Origin: Eledone cirrhosa
Taxonomy: Eukaryota
Length of the DNA stretch: 64,000 nt
NCBI GenBank assembly: GCA_964016885.1
Contig: OZ024740.1
Coordinates: 173,786,001 to 173,850,000 of the forward strand
Direction: 5' to 3'
Positions 58,905-64,000 of this stretch are shown here, piece after piece; position 1 is the stretch's first letter; every line of letters starts with the position of its first letter. The notes beneath the pieces were generated by a model. That model worked only from the letters and a program-made list of their open reading frames with translations. It was not told the origin of the DNA and did no database searches. The position numbers were made by a program, and so were the translations under genes.

Positions 58905-60383
58905 TTATATTCATTGTTCCTCCTGTTGTGTTGTATGTCTACGCCATTTTTTTTTTGTTCAGTCTGTCTATATATTTATTTATTTATTTGCTTGTTTGTT
59001 TATCTTATTTTATTTTGTCTTCTTTGCGCATGCGTTTGCGTGTGTGTATAGTGTTATGTGTGATGTGTGACTAGTGTGTATAGTGTTGTGTCTGCTGGGT
59101 GACTAGTGTGTGTTTATGTGCTTGTGTATGTATTTATTTATCTTATTTTATTTAATTTAATTTACTTATTTATTTATACTTCTCTTAGGTCAGTGTTGTT
59201 TGTTTGGGTGTTGTTGTTGTTCCACTCATTCTTTCTGTTTAGCTTTGGTCTTCTAATTTCTATTTCACTGGCCTCTCTGATTTGCCTATCTGCTGGGTCA
59301 TTCCTATGTTTAGATATTATTCTAATTTCTATGTTGTCTATGTTACCGTCATGATGTTGTCTAGCATGTTCGTATAGTACTGACCCGTTTTTTCGTCCTT
59401 TTAGTTCCCCCCAGTGTTGGTCTATCCTTTCACCTATGCTACGAGCTGTCTCACCTATGTATGTTGTTGTCGTGTTTCTGCAAGTACCCTCTGTACATCT
59501 TATGCTATAGACTACGTTTCTAGTTTTACAGTTTATCCGGGGGTTCACCTTACATATGATACATTTCCTATTGGTACAGTGGGTTTTCTTAAAAGGGTAG
59601 GTTTTGCTGATCAGGGATTTTATGGTGGTTCCTGGCTTTTCTACCACCTTTATTTTTAAGTGGGTCTTTCTCAGGGCCTTTCTACACTGGTTAGCTAATT
59701 TCCCTCCAGGGGTGGCGTCCACAAACATGACACTCTGATATCTCTGGTTGTCGTACCATGATGTGGCCTTCCCTATCTTATGTCTAGCCCTATCTAAGCT
59801 ATTCCATGATTTGCTCCTGTATAGTGGGCAAATTCCTTTCATGTCCAGTTCTATGAGGGTCTTATACTTTTCCATGGCTCCTTCGTATACTCTGACTCTG
59901 TCTCTTTGGTTGTAGCCAGCAGATAGGCAAATCAGAGATATATTTTTTATCTTTATTCTTATTTTCACTTTTATCCTCCTTTATATTTTACCTTATTCTT
60001 ACTTTTATACCTTATTATAGTGTAATCTTCCCCATGCCTTATTATACATTATTAATTATAGATTATTATTATTACTCTTTTCCATTTCTAATTACCTCAT
60101 GTACTTTCTCCTCCGTTATATATATATTGTATGCCCTTTGTGTGTGTGTAGCCTCTGCACACCCTCTGCACCCTACTATCGACGCCACCCCATCTATGGC
60201 TCAACTAACCACTCGACTCCCGGGAATGAATATGACCACAGCTAGTAAACAAGGACCCACACCCCACCACCCCGCACCAAAATTAGACTTATCGTCCCCT
60301 GCTTTTGCTCTTTACTCACTTTACTCTTTGTTCTTGAATGTTTGGTTGGTAGAGTCCATAACACCAATCAAACCCCTTTTATA

Positions 60384-60428
60384 GCTCTGACGAATCCTAC
60401 GGTTACGTAAGGAAGAAACATTGTAAGC
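60384..60428 (+). ncRNA. Type I hammerhead
   Basis: GCU-CUGACGA-AUCCUACG GUUA CGUAAGGAA-GAAA-CAUUG-UA-AGC. Confidence 0.75.
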
Positions 60429-60570
60429 CAATAAAAATCTTTTGATGTTGTAGACGCTCTTGTGTTCTTTATCATATATACGGCTCTGCTCCAAAGCATA
60501 GAGCTAATTATTATGCTGCCAATACCTTAATGGGACACGGGTATACAATACCTAACTTCTATTAACCTAA

Positions 60571-60654
<84 letters not shown>

Positions 60655-60657
<3 letters not shown>

Positions 60658-61728
60658 AAATAAGAAAGTAAGTCAATAGAATCAATTGATAAAATATATA
60701 CAGTATTTCTTCTCTCAATCAGCATAATCAACCACATAAAAAATCAATTAAACGAGGCTATAAGTTTAAAATGTACCTATGAAGAAACAATAGATAAATA
60801 AATGATAGCTATTTTATCCGCGATCCACAGCCACAGAAGATTAACCTAGTATTTCTAATAGCCCGAAGAAATTGACTAGACATATAGTTAAACATACACA
60901 ATTAGGTACAAAATCAAAGTTAGAAGAAAAAATGTACATAAACATACCAAAATCATGTTTCTACCCCCGGATGTTTCATTCGCTTTTTGGAAATATCCGA
61001 TCATGAATAAATCAACGAGTTTCAAAATCATCAGGAAACAAACTCAATTGGACAAAGATTTTTCTTAAATGATCCCCGCCAGAAACGAATTCAAAATAGC
61101 GAAGAATTGTCACATGGCAAGTGGTCAAGTCAGAAAGCTTGTGATTGGTACCTGACGGCTAGTAGGCTGGTTGCTAGAAAGCGCAGCTGAATACTGGCTA
61201 AAGTTTTACTCAACCTTACGGGAGTATATACAATATAGAGGTTTACATATACATAAACTAGAAAGAGCCATAGATATATATATATATGTGTTTTTGGCAA
61301 CCATTCACGGTGTGCCGCAATGACGAATTAATTAATTAAATAATCAACAATCAGAGCAATTTATAAGAAAGTAAGTCCATAGAATCATTTGATAAAATAT
61401 ATACAGTATTTCTTCTCCCAATCAGCATAATTAACCAGATAAAAAATCAATTAAACGAGGCTATAAGTTTAAAATGTACCAATGAAGAAACAATAGATAA
61501 ATAAATGATAGCTATTTTATCCGCGATCAACAGCCACAGAAGATTTACCCAGTATTTCTAATAGCCCGTAGAAACTGACTAGACATATAGTTAACCATAC
61601 ACAATTAGGTACAAAATCAAACGGGCTATTAGAAATACTAGGTTAATATTCTGTGGCTGTGGATCGCGGTTAATATAGCTATCATTTAATTATCTATTGT
61701 TTCTTCATAGGTACATTTTAAACTTATA
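60655..61728 (-). mobile_element. Non-coding PLE-type module: 703-bp period plus inverted segment
   Basis: Direct repeats 60660-60918 and 61363-61621; 61622-61728 is an inverted copy of about 60759-60865; (TA)n flanks. Confidence 0.78.
60957..61039 (-). ncRNA. Type I hammerhead, partly degenerate
   Basis: GUUUC-CUGAUGA-UUUUGAAA..UUUCCAAAAAGCGAAU-GAAA-CAUCCGGGGG-UA-GAAAC. Confidence 0.6.
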
Positions 61729-61740
61729 TATATATATATA

Positions 61741-64000
61741 GAACTGTTGCGATTAAGAGCCAACTCCAACGAAGAAAAATTCAAGTCACTCGACCAACAG
61801 ATGGACACAGAAATCTCAAAGCACTCTGATGGCCTACTCTACAAAAAAACCCTAAAACTTTGGAAAGAAAACTGTGAGGATGAAGAACTCACATCCCTCC
61901 AGCGATGGGAAAAAAACGCCACCTGGTTCAACAACTACTAAATGGACTTCAAAAATGAACAACATACAGGTAACCCATTTTTAAAACAAACTAAAACTCA
62001 CACACCACATGCACAACAAATAACAAAAAAAGTAACAAAACGTCCAACATACCCCCAGCAAAACTATAACGATAATCCCAGAAACCATAGACAAAACTAA
62101 AACCCTACTAACAAAAACCAAAGATCCCCGAACACAAGGCAGGACCTGATCCGCAGATCACAACCCACACAAAACCTATTCCCAAACCGTAGACCCCTGC
62201 CCACACAGAGCCTGTTCCAAAACCATAGATCCCAACCCACACAAAGGAACCAAATCTACAACCCGGACTATCAACAAACCGAACCTCAATACGTCCGAAA
62301 CTTCTATACAAGACCACACAACAACAGGGGAAATACCATTAGATATAATAATACCAATGAAAAAACATTCCAGAAAAATCATTTTTTAGACCAAGGCTAC
62401 AGGACTCACGACACCCGGTGGCACAAACCGATTTTGAAAAACCGAAAATAATTAACATTTCAAATACAAACCTCTCAGCCCAACAAGTAAAAATTCTCTC
62501 CAAAGGTCTGAAATTCACACCAACACCACAATATCCTAACCCCAACGAGATAAATGACGATATCTCACACTTCTGTAGAAAATTACGTCTCACAGAGAAA
62601 TTCTTTGACAAGGAGAATAACGACGAATCAATTGTACGGAATAAAAGCAGCTACAACCCAACAAAAGGTAGAAACAGAGTTCTGGACAAATTTTGTGACC
62701 ACATAGCTACCTTCCCATACCATGAACTACCGCAACCTAAACCCAAACCCAACACAAGTCGAAGGGAATGGGAGATTATCCATGAACTAAAAAACAATCC
62801 GGACATTGTAATTAAGGAAGCGGACAAGGGAAGTACTGTTGTCATTATGGAGGCTGAAAAATATAAAAATTCTATGTTCTCTCTCTTACAAAATGCTAAT
62901 TACTATGAAAGAGTAAAAAACTACCAGCAATCAAAAATAATGACCAAATTAAACACACTGATTTATCGATACCAGGAAGACCTAACTAAAAAGGAACGCG
63001 ATTATTTAACAAATTTTGAATACAAAACCAGCAACCTTTACGGACTTCCGAAGATCCACAAATGTAAAATAATCAACGATGCCTGTAAACAATCCACCTC
63101 AGCCTGCGTGAACACACAATACCCCACAGACCTTAAATTAAGACCAATTGTAGCGGGCCCACAATGTGAAACACACAGATTGAGCAACTTTATAGACATA
63201 CTACTGAAACCAATACTGAAACACATACCAAGCCTTGTAAGAGACGATCTGGACCTCTTAAACCACCTCCCCAAACATGTCAACAACGACACTATTATTG
63301 TGTCTTTCGATGTAGTGAATCTCTACACGACGATCCCACACCAATACAGACTAGAAGCAATAGGATTCTGGCTAGAGAAATATCCCAATGAGATACCTGA
63401 CAGAATAGAAAAAAGCTTCATCACCGAGGGATTAAAATTCATCCTACAGAACAACTTTTTTGATTTCGATGGCAATACTTACAAGCAAATATCGGGGACT
63501 GCGATGGGCACAAAAGCCGCTCCAACTTATGCCAACTTAGTCATGGCATACTTAGAAGTCCAGATATATGAACAGTCCAAATCAAAATACGGATTGAACT
63601 TCCACAAATATTTATCAGAGAATTGGAAACGCTACTTGGATGATTGCCTCATTCTTTGGTCCCACACACTCGACCAACTGAAGGATTTCAAAAACTTAAT
63701 AAACGGCATCAATAACCACATCCAATTCACAATGGAATACAGCCAAGATCAACTCCCATTTCTGGACATCTTAATCACAAAAAAGACACAAATATCGAAA
63801 CTGACATACACTACAAACCAACAGATTCCAAACAATATCTGCTATTCACCTCCAACCATCCAAAGCACACGAAGACGAACATTCCTTTTAACCTAGCAAG
63901 AAGAATTTGCACAATTGTCTCCAATTATGAAACGCGAAATAAAAGACTTCAAGAATTAAAGGAAATTCTACTTGAGAGAGAGTACCCACTATTACTAATA
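61741..64000 (+). mobile_element. Neptune-like PLE, decayed, running off the right edge
   Basis: LSKGLKFTPTP, IKEADKGS, LYGLPKIHK, LRPIV, SFDVVNLYT, GTAMGT..APTYANL, WKRYLDDC; stops upstream and a frameshift near 63785. Confidence 0.92.

Overview
AT-rich animal genomic DNA, very probably an octopus or other coleoid cephalopod. This is inferred from the SINE families and the (TA)n/(CA)n density, not shown directly. Most of the window is repeats. Non-LTR retrotransposons include R4/Dong-like, L1/Tx1, CR1 and several RTE copies. There are also tRNA-derived SINEs, a 6.4-kb 17-bp satellite, and at least four Penelope-like elements (PLEs), one apparently intact with a 1210-aa RT + GIY-YIG ORF and 1.27-kb pseudo-LTRs. 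Two things are invisible in the ORF track. (1) A probable host gene starts on the minus strand at about 1397, with TATA at -31 and a TCAGT initiator; its 39-nt first coding segment and 28- and 12-nt micro-exons spell a signal peptide, and it runs off the left edge. (2) About a dozen type I hammerhead ribozyme (HHR) motifs from many unrelated sequence families sit in modules inserted into (TA)n tracts, most of them small and non-coding. They include a retrozyme-like 593-nt unit bounded by two HHRs with a compensated U3-A8 core, a 703-nt unit, and a 2.76-kb inverted repeat with HHRs at both outer ends. All RNA folds were read by eye and none has been tested.
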